DNA from: Eledone cirrhosa
Lineage: Eukaryota
Assembly: GCA_964016885.1 (NCBI GenBank)
Contig: OZ024744.1
Coordinates: 126,232,001 to 126,296,000 of the forward strand
Length of the DNA stretch: 64,000 nucleotides
Reading direction: 5' to 3'
Within the stretch, counting starts at the first letter, position 1; each line of letters opens with the position of its first letter. The notes beneath the pieces were generated by a model, which saw only the letters and a program-made list of their open reading frames with translations, ran no database searches and was not told the DNA's origin. Both the position numbers and the translations under genes were made by a program. This document shows positions 1 to 12,318 of the stretch, one piece after another.

Positions 1-14
1 CAAGTCGGTCGCCA

Positions 15-175
15 TGCTTTCCAGCATAGAGTTACGTCTCTTTATGGTCTGAGTTCAAATCACGCCGAGGTTAACTTTGCCTTTCATCCTTACGGGGTCG
101 ATAAAATAAAGCACCAGTAATGTACTGGGGTCGATTTAATCGACTTTCCCCTCCTCTGCCAAATGACACACACAT
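15..175 (+). mobile_element. tRNA-derived SINE (5'-truncated)
   Basis: B-box-like gagttcaaat followed by gcctttcatccttacggggtcgataaaataaagcaccag, which resembles a conserved SINE central domain. Related copies at ~8060-8130, ~11400-11560, 17716-17778 (-), 18005-18062 and 34033-34190. Confidence 0.65.
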
Positions 176-196
176 GCATGGTTCGGGGGAACCTAC

Positions 197-256
<60 letters not shown>

Positions 257-1135
257 GTAGGTCACTGGTTGAGTCGGTATTAACCACAGTAACTAAGGTA
301 CTCAATACATATTAGATATAGGTGTCTTTCTAATTGCTGGCCTTGTTCATAAGGTATACACAAGTATGATGTGTGTCTGTTTAACTGTACGTGTGAAAAC
401 ATCGCGAAATTGCGCCTTTTAATATTTGAATATAAACAGTTAAAAAATAATTATTTTAGTAATTTTTAAATATCGATAATGTGTATATAAATATTAGAAA
501 TCAATTTAATTAGTTCAGTAACATTACTCGGAGTTAAGATAAACCTTCATTTGAAGAAATTCGAGATTTGACCAAATAAATAGATTATGTGATCAATAAA
601 AAAAATATGTATACGCGCTTGAACGACGGGTTGCAGACAGTCAGGCATACAGACACATATTTTAAAGCGTGCGACGTTAAAAGTGTTACTCTCTCTCTTT
701 TTAGATAGATAGACTTAATTAAAGCAGTTTCACTCTCTCTATATTTCATCAGCTCTCTCTCTCTTAAATTGAAAGATTCATTAAGGCTGAAATAATCTAA
801 ACAGTAACATCATTTTTCGCCAGCTCTAGCTTGCGTCCAGAGATATACACACACATATATATATATTTTTTTTGTTATCGAGTTGAGCTTTGCCAAGCAT
901 AGAATTCCAAATTTGACCATCTCCACTGAAAATGTTCGTGAAATAGTCTTTAAGAAGCAATTTAATTTTTTCCAACTGAAACTGTAAGTATTTTAAAATT
1001 TATTTCAACATGGTCTTAAAAGATTGTTGGCTTTTTTTAAATTCATAACTATTTACTATGAAATATAAATTATTAAATCCAATTTATTTGATAACCATGA
1101 TTTGATTTTATAATTACCTGAATCACGTTAACATG

Positions 1136-1176
<41 letters not shown>

Positions 1177-1429
1177 GTGTGTGTATATATATATATATAT
1201 AATAATTGTTTCTACGTTACGCAGTGTATTACTGGTACTGTATTTTACGATATTAAATATTAAATATTAACTATTAGATATTAAATATTAAATATTAGAT
1301 ATTAGATATTAAATATTAAATATGATATCCCTGAAATATATATAATGAAATAAATATGGTTTTATAAATGTAATTTCCATTTGTTTAATATCAAATATAT
1401 ATATATATATATATATGTATTTATGTATA

Positions 1430-1497
<68 letters not shown>

Positions 1498-1723
1498 GCA
1501 GACACAGACACAGAATATCGTATATATCACACACACACAATTAAGACTTGACGTGTTGCAGACAGCCAGACATACAGAGAGATATTTTAAAGCGTGCGAC
1601 CTTAAATTTCTTACTCTTTCTCTTATCAAAAGAGAAAGAGTAATGCTAACACTTACGTCTACTTCACGCTCTCTTGAACCGTTACAGAAATTGCATCACA
1701 TCTAATTATAACTTTGTACGTTT

Positions 1724-1724
1724 G

Positions 1725-1799
<75 letters not shown>

Positions 1800-1805
1800 G
1801 CACAC

Positions 1806-1836
<31 letters not shown>

Positions 1837-1839
1837 CAC

Positions 1840-1893
<54 letters not shown>

Positions 1894-1960
1894 GTGTGTG
1901 TGTGTATATATATACACACACACGTGTATATATATATATATATATACACACACACGTGTG

Positions 1961-1993
<33 letters not shown>

Positions 1994-2015
1994 GTGTGTG
2001 TATATATATATATAT
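1724..2015. repeat. Compound (TA)n/(CA)n/(TG)n microsatellite with CACGTG hinges; empty site of the LINE in copy 2
   Basis: Read directly. The equivalent tract in copy 2 (35742-39760) is expanded and interrupted by the CR1 element. Confidence 0.9.
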
Positions 2016-2360
2016 CTGTCTCTCTCCCTGTCTCTCACTCTGCCTCTATCCCCCCTCTCTCTCTCTGTCTCTCCCCCCCCCCCTCTCTCTCTCTCTAGTA
2101 GTAGAGAGAGAGAGAGATATAAACGTATAACCCTAAACCTAACCCATCTCTCTCACTCTCTCTCTCCCCCTCTCTCTCTCTTCTCTCTCTCACTCTCCCT
2201 CTACCCCTCCCTCTCTCTATTTCTCTCTCTCTCTCTCCAGTAGTAGAGAGAGACAAAGAGAGAGAGAGATATAAACGTATAACCCTAACCAAACCCTAAC
2301 CCAACTCTAACCCAACCCTAACCCTAACCCCAACCCTAACTCTAACCTAACCCTAACCCA

Positions 2361-2391
<31 letters not shown>

Positions 2392-2722
2392 ACCCCCTCT
2401 CTCTCTCTCTAGTAGTAGAGAGAGAGACAAAGAGAGAGAGAGAGATATAAACGTATAACCCTAACCCATCTCTCTCTCTCTATTTCTCCCCCCCTCTCTC
2501 TCTCTCTAGTAGTAGAGAGAGAGAGACAAAGAGAGAGAGAGATATAAACGTATAACCCTAACCCAACCCTAACCTCTCTCTCTCCCCCCTCTCTCTCTCT
2601 ATTCCCCCCCTCTCTCTCTCTCTCTAGTAGTAGAGAGAGAGACAGAGAGAGAGAGAGAGATAGATATAAACGTATAACCCTAACCCAACCCTAACCCATC
2701 TCTCTCTCTCTCTCTCTCTCTC
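2016..2722. repeat. Composite minisatellite: (CT)n-agtagtag(AG)n-atataaacgtat-(CCCTAA)-like, ~5 units
   Basis: atataaacgtataaccctaa recurs at ~2117, 2269, 2445, 2542 and 2664, with telomere-like CCCTAA/CCCAA tracts. Copy 2 version at ~39761-40240. Confidence 0.85.
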
Positions 2723-2864
2723 TTTGTTTTTAACATTGTTTTGTTTTTCTTTTCTTTTCTTATTCAGATGACAAACGGCAGAGGATACAACAGAAGAAAA
2801 GAACAAAGATAATTATTATTATTATTACTATTATTATTTGTTTTATTATAATCAAAATATGCTG

Positions 2865-3440
2865 TTAGTTAGATCTGCATTGCGTACATTTTATATAATT
2901 TATGCCAGTTCCTTTTCTGCATATCGAACATGGCCATTTCCCTGACGGAATAGAGTTTTGTCCTCTTTCGTGACACAAAGTACAGCCAGCGGCATCATTG
3001 CGGACAGACTTAATCCCGAATTGCACTGACACACTGCCTCGCAATACGGAACACCACACGTCTTTGATCTTCTTCCCGTCGATCAGCCTCCTTGCCATGC
3101 TAAGTACACCTGACGTCTAGCTTCTCTCTTAGCGGCGGCTTTATATTCTTCTCTACTCCCACTAATTTTCCAAGCATTCCATGCTAGCCTTTAGTCTCCA
3201 ATGGCCCGATCTACCGTGCTGTCCCACCACCATGTCACTCTCTGTCTGGTTGGAACTCTGATCCAGCCACAAGTTTAATCAGTAGCCTGCAATAAGTTGT
3301 CACATAAGAAAATCGAGTTCTCATGTATGTCATACGACTGTGAATCGTCTTCTTTTTCGTCATACACATATTGAAGGGCTTTCCTAAATTTCTATTTTAG
3401 TGAAATCTCTTTTAGCTTCCAGACCTTTCTTTTTTCCACA
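2865..3440 (-). mobile_element. Decayed RTE-clade LINE fragments
   Basis: Minus-strand peptide SGKWPCSICRKGTGINYIKCTQC matches the cysteine-rich RTE segment at 10710-10919. 3220-3370 matches the RTE segment at 28880-29077. Confidence 0.7.
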
Positions 3441-4294
3441 TCTTCCTGTATGTCTCAATCATACCTGGAGCTGTCCAACATGACCATTGAAATCCCCTGC
3501 TAGCATAACGATGTCTCCGTCCTGTCATTGTGGCTGTTTGTAAAAATTGCTTGTAAATGAAGTCTTTCTTTTCTTTACCTAGCAGAAGCAATTAACACTA
3601 ACCCAACTGTAACACTAACCCTAACACTAACTTATGCAGGCCTAGGTAAAGACAAGAAAGATAAAACAAGGAGTGATGCTTCTTGAATTTTGTGATGCAA
3701 GTGTTTTAACCATTTGCAAAACCAACTTCCACAAACCTGCCTCACTGCCGCCTAATAACCTACAAATCAGGCAAGCACAGAAGCCGGATTTCTCGGTAGT
3801 TAGGCAGCGAGACAGACAGATGGGGTGTGAAGTACCAGGGTGTGCCCCGGGGAGGAATGTTTCCCACAGCGTGGGTTGGTTGTTGGTGATGTCTCGGTTA
3901 TCTTGAGACGGAGTGAGACGTGCAGGAATACTCTCACGGAATCGCCAAATGAGGTTTATTTTTCAACATAGTCCCTGGAATGAAACAATGTGGTTATTAA
4001 GAAGAATTGAAATTAATGTAAGATTTCACAGATCTATGATCAATCCTTCACAGTCAGCTTACAAAGTTTTCAGCCAAACCTTGTGTATTTCCAACATTTC
4101 AAACCCTATCTAGGACTACATTATCTAATGTACAGTACAGTAGTTAGTATTAGTGGCTATCAGACATAGTGTATCTAAATGCAACATTTTTAACATTGTT
4201 TTTTTTTTCTTTTCTTTTCTTTTCTTATTCAGATGACAGACGGCAGAGGATACAATAGAAGAAAAGAACAATGATAATTATTATTATTATTATT

Positions 4295-4697
4295 GTTGTT
4301 ATTCCTTGAATCTCAGTCATTGATGTTGGTTAACTGGAAAGTCCGTTGGAATGAATATCAAGCCACTACCTGCAGCCTCAGATATTCAGGACGTATCGGA
4401 GGGTTCTTGCTGTTCCAAGCAAGCATGCCTTTTGAAGCGTTCCAAAAAGCGTGAAGGGGCCGATTTTCTTTAACCATCCCTGGAAACTTTTGGAGATGGA
4501 CAAAAAACTGGAACACAATAGACCTGACCTGGTGGTTGTGGACAAAGAAAAAAGATCGTGTCTGATTGTGGATGTGGCCTGCCCGTTCAACACGAGAGTG
4601 CAAGAGAAGGAGAGGGAGAAAATTAACCGATACCAGGACCTAAAGTGGGAGGTGAAAAGGATTTGGAACTGCCATGAAGTCAAAGTGATCCCGATTG

Positions 4698-4735
<38 letters not shown>
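4295..4735 (+). mobile_element. 3' fragment of a restriction-like-endonuclease non-LTR retrotransposon (R4/Dong-like) in an (ATT)n tract
   Basis: ORF 4451-4852 contains HNRPDLVVVDKEKRSCLIVDVACPFNTRVQEKEREKINRYQDL, a PD-(D/E)xK REL motif, running into (TTA)n. Copy 2 at ~41813-42253. Confidence 0.75.
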
Positions 4736-4738
<3 letters not shown>

Positions 4739-4769
4739 TATTATTTGTTTTATTATAATCAAAATATGC

Positions 4770-5292
4770 TGTTAGTTAGATCTGCATTGTGTACATTTTA
4801 TATAATTTATGCCAGTTCCTTTTCTACATATCGAACATGGCCATTTCCCTGACGGAATAGAGTTTTGTCCTCTTTTCTACTCATCAACACTCATTCGTGA
4901 CACAAAGTACAGCCAGCGGCATCATTGCGGACAGACTTAATCCTGATTTGCACTGACACACTGCCTCGCAATACGGAACACCGCACGTCTTTGATCTTCT
5001 TCCCGTCGATCAGCCTCCTTGCCATGCAAAGTACACCTGACGTCTAGCTTCTCTCTTAGCGGCGGCGGCTGTATATTCTTCTCTACTCCCACTAATTTTC
5101 CAAGCATTCCATGCTAGTCTTTAGTCTCCAATGGCCCGATCTACAGTTTCTGTCTCAACTCGTCTATGCTTGGTCGTTCCCGCACATTGACATTGCACAT
5201 CCAACGGAGCATGCTTGCTTCATTTCTCTCCAGCCGTCGCATGTCCTCTGCAGTTGCTGCCCGTGTCTCACTACCATGCAGCATCGCGCATC
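4770..5292 (-). mobile_element. Decayed RTE LINE fragments
   Basis: Peptide AMLHGSETRAATAEDMRRLERNEASMLRWMCNV is typical of RTE ORF2 C-terminal to the RT. 4770-5143 duplicates 2865-3215. Confidence 0.7.
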
Positions 5293-5301
5293 TAAACCTG
5301 G

Positions 5302-6172
5302 CCCTTACCCTAACCCCAACCTCTTTGGTTTTCGTTTTCTCGACGGCTAGCTGCATTTCGTGATCCGCCTTTCGATTGCGCTTCCGTCGCGGCAAAAGAA
5401 TTGCCTTTCCAGACCGCCGTCGCCCGACCGGACCCATGATAGAAGACGTTCGTTACCGTTGGAGCAACGCAAATTACTCCTCGGTTGACGCCAAAAACGA
5501 ACGCCTTCCCGCCTCGCGCCGCCTTCTCCTCGCCGACCCTCGGCCTCGACGATTAGCCACTTTCCGTCACAGCAGTAGATACGCGTCCGTCGTAATAGCC
5601 GTCATTTTAACGCAGGAGAAACGCCTAATTGCCCTGCACCGCGTTTGACGGCGATCTACGACGGCGACGATGCGCGCACTCTTCCTTGCTGCGACGAAGG
5701 TTTCGGCTTTTCGTCGTGGACCCGGTCAGGTCATGCCGCTGACCTCGCGTTACGGCGACGCGAGAAGACGTTCGTTACCGCTGGAGCAACGCAAATTACT
5801 CCTCGGTTGACGCCAAAAACGAACGCCTCGCGCCGCCGCTTCCTCCTCGGCCTCGACGATTAGCCGCTTTCCGTCACAGCAGTAGATACGCGTCCATCGT
5901 AATAGCCGTCATTTTAACGCAGGAGAAACGCCTTGACGACGATATACGACGGGTCGACGACGCGCGCACTCTTTCTGCTGCGACGAAGGTTTTGGCTTTT
6001 CGTTGTGGACCCGGTCGGGTCATGCCTCTGACCTCGCGTTGCGTCGCCACCGCCGCGGCGGGCTTGGGTTTAGCCGTAGCTACCCTCGTTTTGCCAACGG
6101 CGACGCGAGAAGACGTTCGTTACCGCTGGAGCAACGCAAATTACTCCTCGGATGAGGCCAAAAACGAACGCT
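5302..6172 (+). repeat. Orphan relic of the rDNA-cassette leader (short CCCTAA tract, partial 169-bp unit, two ~320-345-bp ETS-like units)
   Basis: Shares agaagacgttcgttaccgctggagcaacgcaaattactcctcgg (~5440, 5763, 6108) and ccgtcacagcagtag...cgtaatagccgtcattttaa with 13170-13550. Copy 2 at ~42820-43690. Confidence 0.8.
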
Positions 6173-6250
6173 GAAGAGATATTGTCCATGGATATCGGGA
6201 ATTTTACCCGCCCTAGATAGATAGATAGATAGGGATGTATGTATGTATGT

Positions 6251-6292
<42 letters not shown>

Positions 6293-6671
6293 GTATGTAT
6301 CTTTCTCATTCTCTCTGTATGTATGTATGTATGTATATATATATAATTATATATTTATAGACATCCTGAAAGCTTTTTAAATGTCTGAGAGATTGGCTAA
6401 ATATGTTTTGCAGGTATGACCAGTAAGAGAGAGGTAAGTTATTTCAAAACAATTCTTTGACCATTATTTTAAGGTACTATCTCAGTGTATTTTTAAATTG
6501 ACCTCTTGATAGGATGAAATGACCTGTATAATTTTTTTCATATTTAGATGGAATAGAAGAAAAACAAGAAAAATGAAATGAATTCAAACAGAAAATATAC
6601 ACCAATGCCAATGGAGGTATGATTTCAGTTTAATCTTAACCTAATGACCACTTTACAGAGTGTACTGGATA

Positions 6672-6754
<83 letters not shown>

Positions 6755-7212
6755 AGGAAGCTCCAACCGTTAAGGTTGTCTTTCCATTTATTAATATATT
6801 GTGTATTTACTCCACTAAACTGTTGAGTGCTTTATATCAGTTATAAAAAAATTTCAGCTTGTTGAATCCCAAAATAGTTGTTGAAACAGCCACAGCTCAG
6901 CCGTCGGGGTCCTGAATATTTATCATATATATATACGTATGAGTGTGTGTGTTTTGAGAATTAATAATTATATAAACAAGTTTGTAATGAACAATTTATT
7001 TCTTATCAAAACTGTATAAACATGATATTATTTACAGTAAGAATAACAATAATAATGATGGTTTCTAGTAAAGGTGGAAGGCCAGTAATTTGGGGGAGGG
7101 GAAAGTTGATTAAATCGAAGAGAGAAAGAAAGAAAAAACAGAACGGGAAGGAGAGGGGATGGCAAGAGGTCCGGTGTCGCAGGAGAGAGGGGAGGGTGGT
7201 TGAGCTTTGAGT

Positions 7213-7700
7213 CTAGGGCAAGAGGGCAGAAATGCTGCGCCCCACGGATAAGACGGCAAAAATATTCTCGCGGACGATGGCCAGAGATACCCAATGCAAC
7301 AACCACCCAACCTCGCGGTGTTCCCTCCTCAGATGGGCTGCTGACTCTCCGATCTTTTGGAGGAGCTCGGCAGTACAAGGTCCAAGTACTCCTGGGGTCT
7401 CGACGTTGACTGGTGCAGAGAGGAAGTGGCCGGACAATCCTCGGTATTTGTTTATTTTACGTTCTTCTGCGAGGTGGGCTGCGATGCCGGGGTTTGTGAC
7501 CGAAACGACTTGGAAACGAAGTTGTAGGCGGAGATTGTGTCGTAGCTGGTGGTGTCCCAGATGAGGGACCTACGTCCTTCGAATGGGAAGAGAGTGATTC
7601 CGTCGGGGCGCTTGCCATCTCCGGGACCTGTTGGCCCCAGTTGTGATGGGAAGCCAGCTGCGTCCAGGCTTCTTCTCAATATGTCGTTGACAACGACGTG
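7213..7700 (-). mobile_element. Decayed CRE-like non-LTR retrotransposon 3' fragment
   Basis: Peptides GDGKRPDGITLFPFEGRRSLIWDTT and VETPGVLGP...LLQKIG...SLAIVREN resemble the REL domain of CRE-clade elements; frameshifted. Copy 2 at ~44721-45208. Confidence 0.65.
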
Positions 7701-8245
7701 TATCTATTCAATAATTATTTGAATATTGAAATTTTAGGTTTAACTACCTTTTAAACCAAATACATTAAGAAAGGCATGACCAACACCACATCATTTTTAT
7801 TTCTATTTTGAAAGTAGGTTTATAAGTATTAAATTTCAGTAGATTCTTATATCCTTCATGGTGGTCTGGTGGGAGATATGAGAGATGGTGGAGGTTCTGG
7901 TCTGGGGTTCAATCCTGCTCAGGAGATACTCTAAGGGGGTTCATACTAAACTTCTTCAGTGTTTCTTATCTCTAGAGACAAATATATATACATAAGGTAA
8001 TCTGGTAAAGTTGTTAGAACATCACATAGAATTCTTTGTAGTATTTTTTCCAGTTCTTCAATCTGAGTTCAACTTTACTTTTCTTCCATTCGGGGTTGAT
8101 AATAACGTACCAGTCAAATACTAGGGGTTAATTCTTCCTCTATATCTCTTTCTCACTCTCTGTCTGTTTTATTAAGACCTGGAGAGGTGATGTACTCTAC
8201 CAGGTTTTATAATGAGTGATGGGGTCATACCTGCCTGCTACACCT

Positions 8246-8568
8246 CTGTGTACTAAGTGTAGCATATTATATCCTTGTTCAGGGCCTTCCTGACATTACT
8301 GTGTACTAAGGGTAGCATTTTATATCCTTGTTCAGGGCCATCTTAACATTGCTGTGTACTAAGTGTAGCATATTATATCCTTGTTCGGGGCCTTCCTGAC
8401 ATTAGTGTGTACTGAGTGTAGATTTTAACATCCTTGTTCTGGGCCTTCCTAACATTACTGTGTACTGAGTGTAGATTTTAACATCTTTGTTCAGAGCCTT
8501 CCTTACATTACTGTGTACTAAGTGTAGCATTTCATATACTTGTTCTGGGCCTTCCTAACGTTACTGTG
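8246..8568. repeat. 53-bp minisatellite, ~6 copies
   Basis: ctgtgtactaagtgtagcatattatatccttgttcagggccttcctgacatta recurs at 8246, 8299, and onward. Copy 2 at ~45754-46076. Confidence 0.9.
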
Positions 8569-8569
8569 G

Positions 8570-9345
8570 AAATAGTAGTTTATATCCAATATGTAATATA
8601 GATATGGATTCTACAGGACTAAAACTCATTAATATGAGGGGTATTAGTAGATTATATGCCATATTTAATAGAGAAATGGCTTCTACAAGACTAAAACTCA
8701 TTAATATGAGGGGTATTACAGTTTATATGCCATATTTAATACAGAAATGGCTTCTAAAGGACTAGAACTCTTTAAATTGAATAAAATAGTAGTATATATC
8801 CTATGTTTAATACAGAAATGCCTTCTAAAGGACTCATTAATATGAGGGTATTAGTAGATTATATAACATATTTAATACAGAAATGGCTTTTAAATTCAGG
8901 GACTCGTTAATTTGATGGAAATAGTAGTGTCTATGCAATATTTAATACAGAAATAGCTTCTACAGGACTAAAACTAATTAATATGAGGGGTATTAGTAGT
9001 ATATGTGCCATATTTAATACAGAGATGGCTTCTAAATGGAGGTATCTCATTAATTCGATTGAAATGGTAGTGTATATGCAATATTTAATACAGAAATAGC
9101 TTCTACAAGAATAAAACTCATTAATATGAAGGTTATTATTACATTATATGCCATATTTAATACAGAAATCGGTTCTAAAGGACTAGAACTCTTTAATTCA
9201 AATCAAATAGTAGTATAAAGCAATATTTACTACAGAAATGGCTTCTACAAGACTAAAAATCCTTAATATGAGGGGTATTGTTAGATTATATACCATATTT
9301 AATACAGAAATGGCTTCTAAATGAAGAAATCTCTTTAATTCGATA
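8570..9345. repeat. ~59-bp AT-rich minisatellite, ~13 diverged copies
   Basis: Recurrent atatttaatacagaaatggcttcta...ctcattaatatgaggggtatt. Copy 2 at ~46078-46853. Confidence 0.85.
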
Positions 9346-9999
9346 GTAATAGTAATAATAATAATAGTAATAGTAATAATACAGCCAATTTTCCACGCAA
9401 TACTTTTAGTTAGCACCCCGAACGCATAATTGGGAATATAATCACTTATTTCCTAATGTTTGTTGAGTGAGTTGGGAAAAAAAACTTGGGAAATATATTT
9501 TCAGGGTCTCAAAATCTTAAAGAGAAAAAAAAGTCCTGTGGAAGGTAGCAAAACAATTAGGAAGAAAATGGTTTGAAGTTGGTTGGTGAGTATAAGATTA
9601 CAGTATCTTGTTGATTTCTATAAAGTTTACTTTTAACTGAATTGGTAAAAATGGATAAATTAGAAGACACAATATAATAACTAATATTGTCTTCTAAAAC
9701 AGGGAATAAAAATATGTTGGTGTATTGGGGGGGGGGGGGGTAAACATGTGAGTTAATGGGAATGTTTTTGTTTGTTTTTATTGAAACATATTCAATCTAC
9801 AGATAGGTTGTTATAGTTATTTAGTCTCGGGTCTGCCATTATCTGCAGATTTATAATTGAGGGGTGTTCCAGGTGTGACCACCCTACATTATTCCTAGAG
9901 ATTGTTACTCCTTCATTCTTCAGTCATCTTGGTCTTCTTATGAGATGGTGGTGTAGTCTTATTTATTGTTAAGGTTATGGTCTTCCTTTGTCCACACTC

Positions 10000-10041
<42 letters not shown>

Positions 10042-10374
10042 AAAGGCTTCCTTCTCTGGAAAAAGATGATTTAATATTCACAACCATCTGTCTAATTGTT
10101 TTCTGATGAGAATAAAGTTAATCTTGCTTGTATGTCTACCTGATCAAATGACTGGCTGATATCTTGAAGTCATTTACACCACAGAACTGTAGGAGTCTTG
10201 ATCCCTCAAGCCATACCTCTAGCCATCATGTACTCCAAAAGAGTCTCACCTTGGTGCTACTCAACATGTCCATTAAATTTAGCAGCAAGGATGCCCTCTT
10301 CTTAGTGAGAGACAACTACAAGAGAGGTTCTTAGAGAAGAATAAGCCACTATAGTTAACTTTTGTTGACATAGA

Positions 10375-11065
10375 GAACCCCGATCTGTCATCTGGTGGTC
10401 CTTAAGGAAACTAGGTGTAGGGGAATGGCTTGTGAGGACAGTGCAAGCTATGTACAAGGGTGCTGTCAGTAAAGTGAGAGGAGGAATTCCAGAAACAAAG
10501 TAGGTGTACATCAGGGTTCGGTCCTCAGTCCGCTCTTGTTCATTATAGTCCTCCCTCCCTCCCTCCCTCCCTCCAAGCCATAACAGAGGAGGAGTAGTTT
10601 AAGACTGGATGCCCATGGGAACTTCTCTATGCTGACGATCTGGTTCTTATAGCAGAATCAGTAGAGGAGCTAGCTAGAGAATAAATTCTGGCTATGGAAA
10701 CAGCAGTAGTTGGAATCAAGAAGACTGAGAGTGAACCTAGCTAAGACAAAAGTGTTTATAAGTAGAAGAGAGGACAAAACTCTGATTCTGTCAGGGAAAT
10801 GGCCATGTTCGATATGTAGGAAAGGAGTTGGCATAAATTCTATGAAATGTAGTACGCAATGCAGATCTTGGCTACACAAGAGATGTAGTGGGATAGCAGG
10901 AAAACTGACTGACAGGTAGGGAGAAATACGTATGCAGTAGATGTACAGGGAAATTTGACAGAGATTGCAGTGATAGACACATTTTTCAAATGCAGGTGGG
11001 ATCTATAGAGGGAGTTGATAGCTTCTGATACCTAGGTGATCAGATTAGTAAGGGAGGAGGGTGAT
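10375..11065 (+). mobile_element. Decayed RTE LINE reverse-transcriptase fragment
   Basis: GVHQGSVLSPLLFIIV, CPWELLYADDLVL and ESRRLRVNLAKTKV, then WPCSICRKGVG...C..C..WLHKRC; stops and frameshifts. Copy 2 at ~47882-48580. Confidence 0.85.
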
Positions 11066-11592
11066 ATAAAATATATTGTTATCATGACTGTCTTTATTAT
11101 TTAAATTACCTCTGTCTATTTACAGATTTTACAGAGTGTACTGGGTGCTTTTATGATGGGAGCAGCAACTCTATACGATTTTACAGAGTGTACTTGGTGC
11201 TTTTATCATGGCACATGGCAGCAGCAGCAGCAGCAACTACGATTTTACAGAGTGTACTTGGTGCTTTTTACTCTGACATCAGCACTGAGGAAGTTGTCAT
11301 ATTTTCAGCTAAATTAATGAGTAGAAAAACCAAGTTTCTGCTACAAAAAATTCTCAGATTCAAGGGAGACATTCAGTTTAAGTATGGTATACTGTCACTA
11401 AGGCAGCAAATTGGCAGAGTCGCTAGAATATCAGATAGCATTCTTTACATTATTTGTTTCAGCTCTCTGTTCTCTCAATTCAAATCCTGCTCAGGTCAAC
11501 TTTGCCTTTCATCCATACAAAATAGATTAATAAAAGTACCAGTGTATTACTGGGGTCAATTCTTCTTCTAACTCTTCTGCACTTCCATTCTC

Positions 11593-11671
<79 letters not shown>

Positions 11672-11934
11672 GCTTCTTTAGAACACATCTGCTGTATTCA
11701 GACCTGGAGCGGAGATGGGCTCCACCAAGTTTTAAAAATTGCCCTTTAAGCGCTGTATGTCAATATGGTGCCCCTATGATTCCCTCCCTCAGGAGTTATG
11801 GGACCATAGATACTGTCAATTGTAAAGAATAACAGAGATATTCAGTGCTAGTGTGGTGTTCTGTCAGTTGTGGAGATTGATGAATCTAAACAGAAATATC
11901 AACAGCACTTTTCATTTCTGAGTAACACATTTGT

Positions 11935-12092
11935 TACCAAGTGCTGCATGGCTGGAATGAAAATCAGTGCTGTGAAAACCAAGACATTCATCCTCTCAAG
12001 GAAGCTTGTGCAGTGCACTCTACATGTAAATGGAGTCCCACTGAAGCAGGTAGAAAAGTTCATGTATCTCGAAGCTGTGTTCACGAGTGATG
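11935..12092 (+). mobile_element. RTE-type RT fragment
   Basis: AGMKISAVKTKT...LHVNGVPLKQVEKFMYL, the RT motif 6/7 region. Confidence 0.6.
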
Positions 12093-12230
12093 ACAGAGAC
12101 GGCAAAGGCACAACACACAACAGAAGAAAAGAACAATGACAATTATTATTATTATTATTATTATTATTTGTTTTATTAGTTTTATTATAATAAAAATTGT
12201 GCTGTTAGTTTGCTTGCTATACCATCATGT

Positions 12231-12318
12231 ACCCTAACCCTAAACCTAACCCCAACTCCAACTCTGACCCTAAACCTAACCCCAACCCCAACCCTAACCC
12301 TAACCCTAACCCTAACCC
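12231..12318 (-). repeat. Interstitial telomeric repeat (TTAGGG)n, partly degenerate
   Basis: ccctaa repeats with variants, abutting the 169-bp array at a shared CCC. Confidence 0.85.

Noticed and set aside
1309-2292. YI/HT/CV/LS-rich ORFs (also 22076-24889, 35332-36458, 39335-39882)
   Set aside because: They are dinucleotide microsatellite translations.
11188-11571. 127-aa ORF
   Set aside because: It is made of a short tandem repeat, a CAG run and a SINE remnant, with no domain or splice support.
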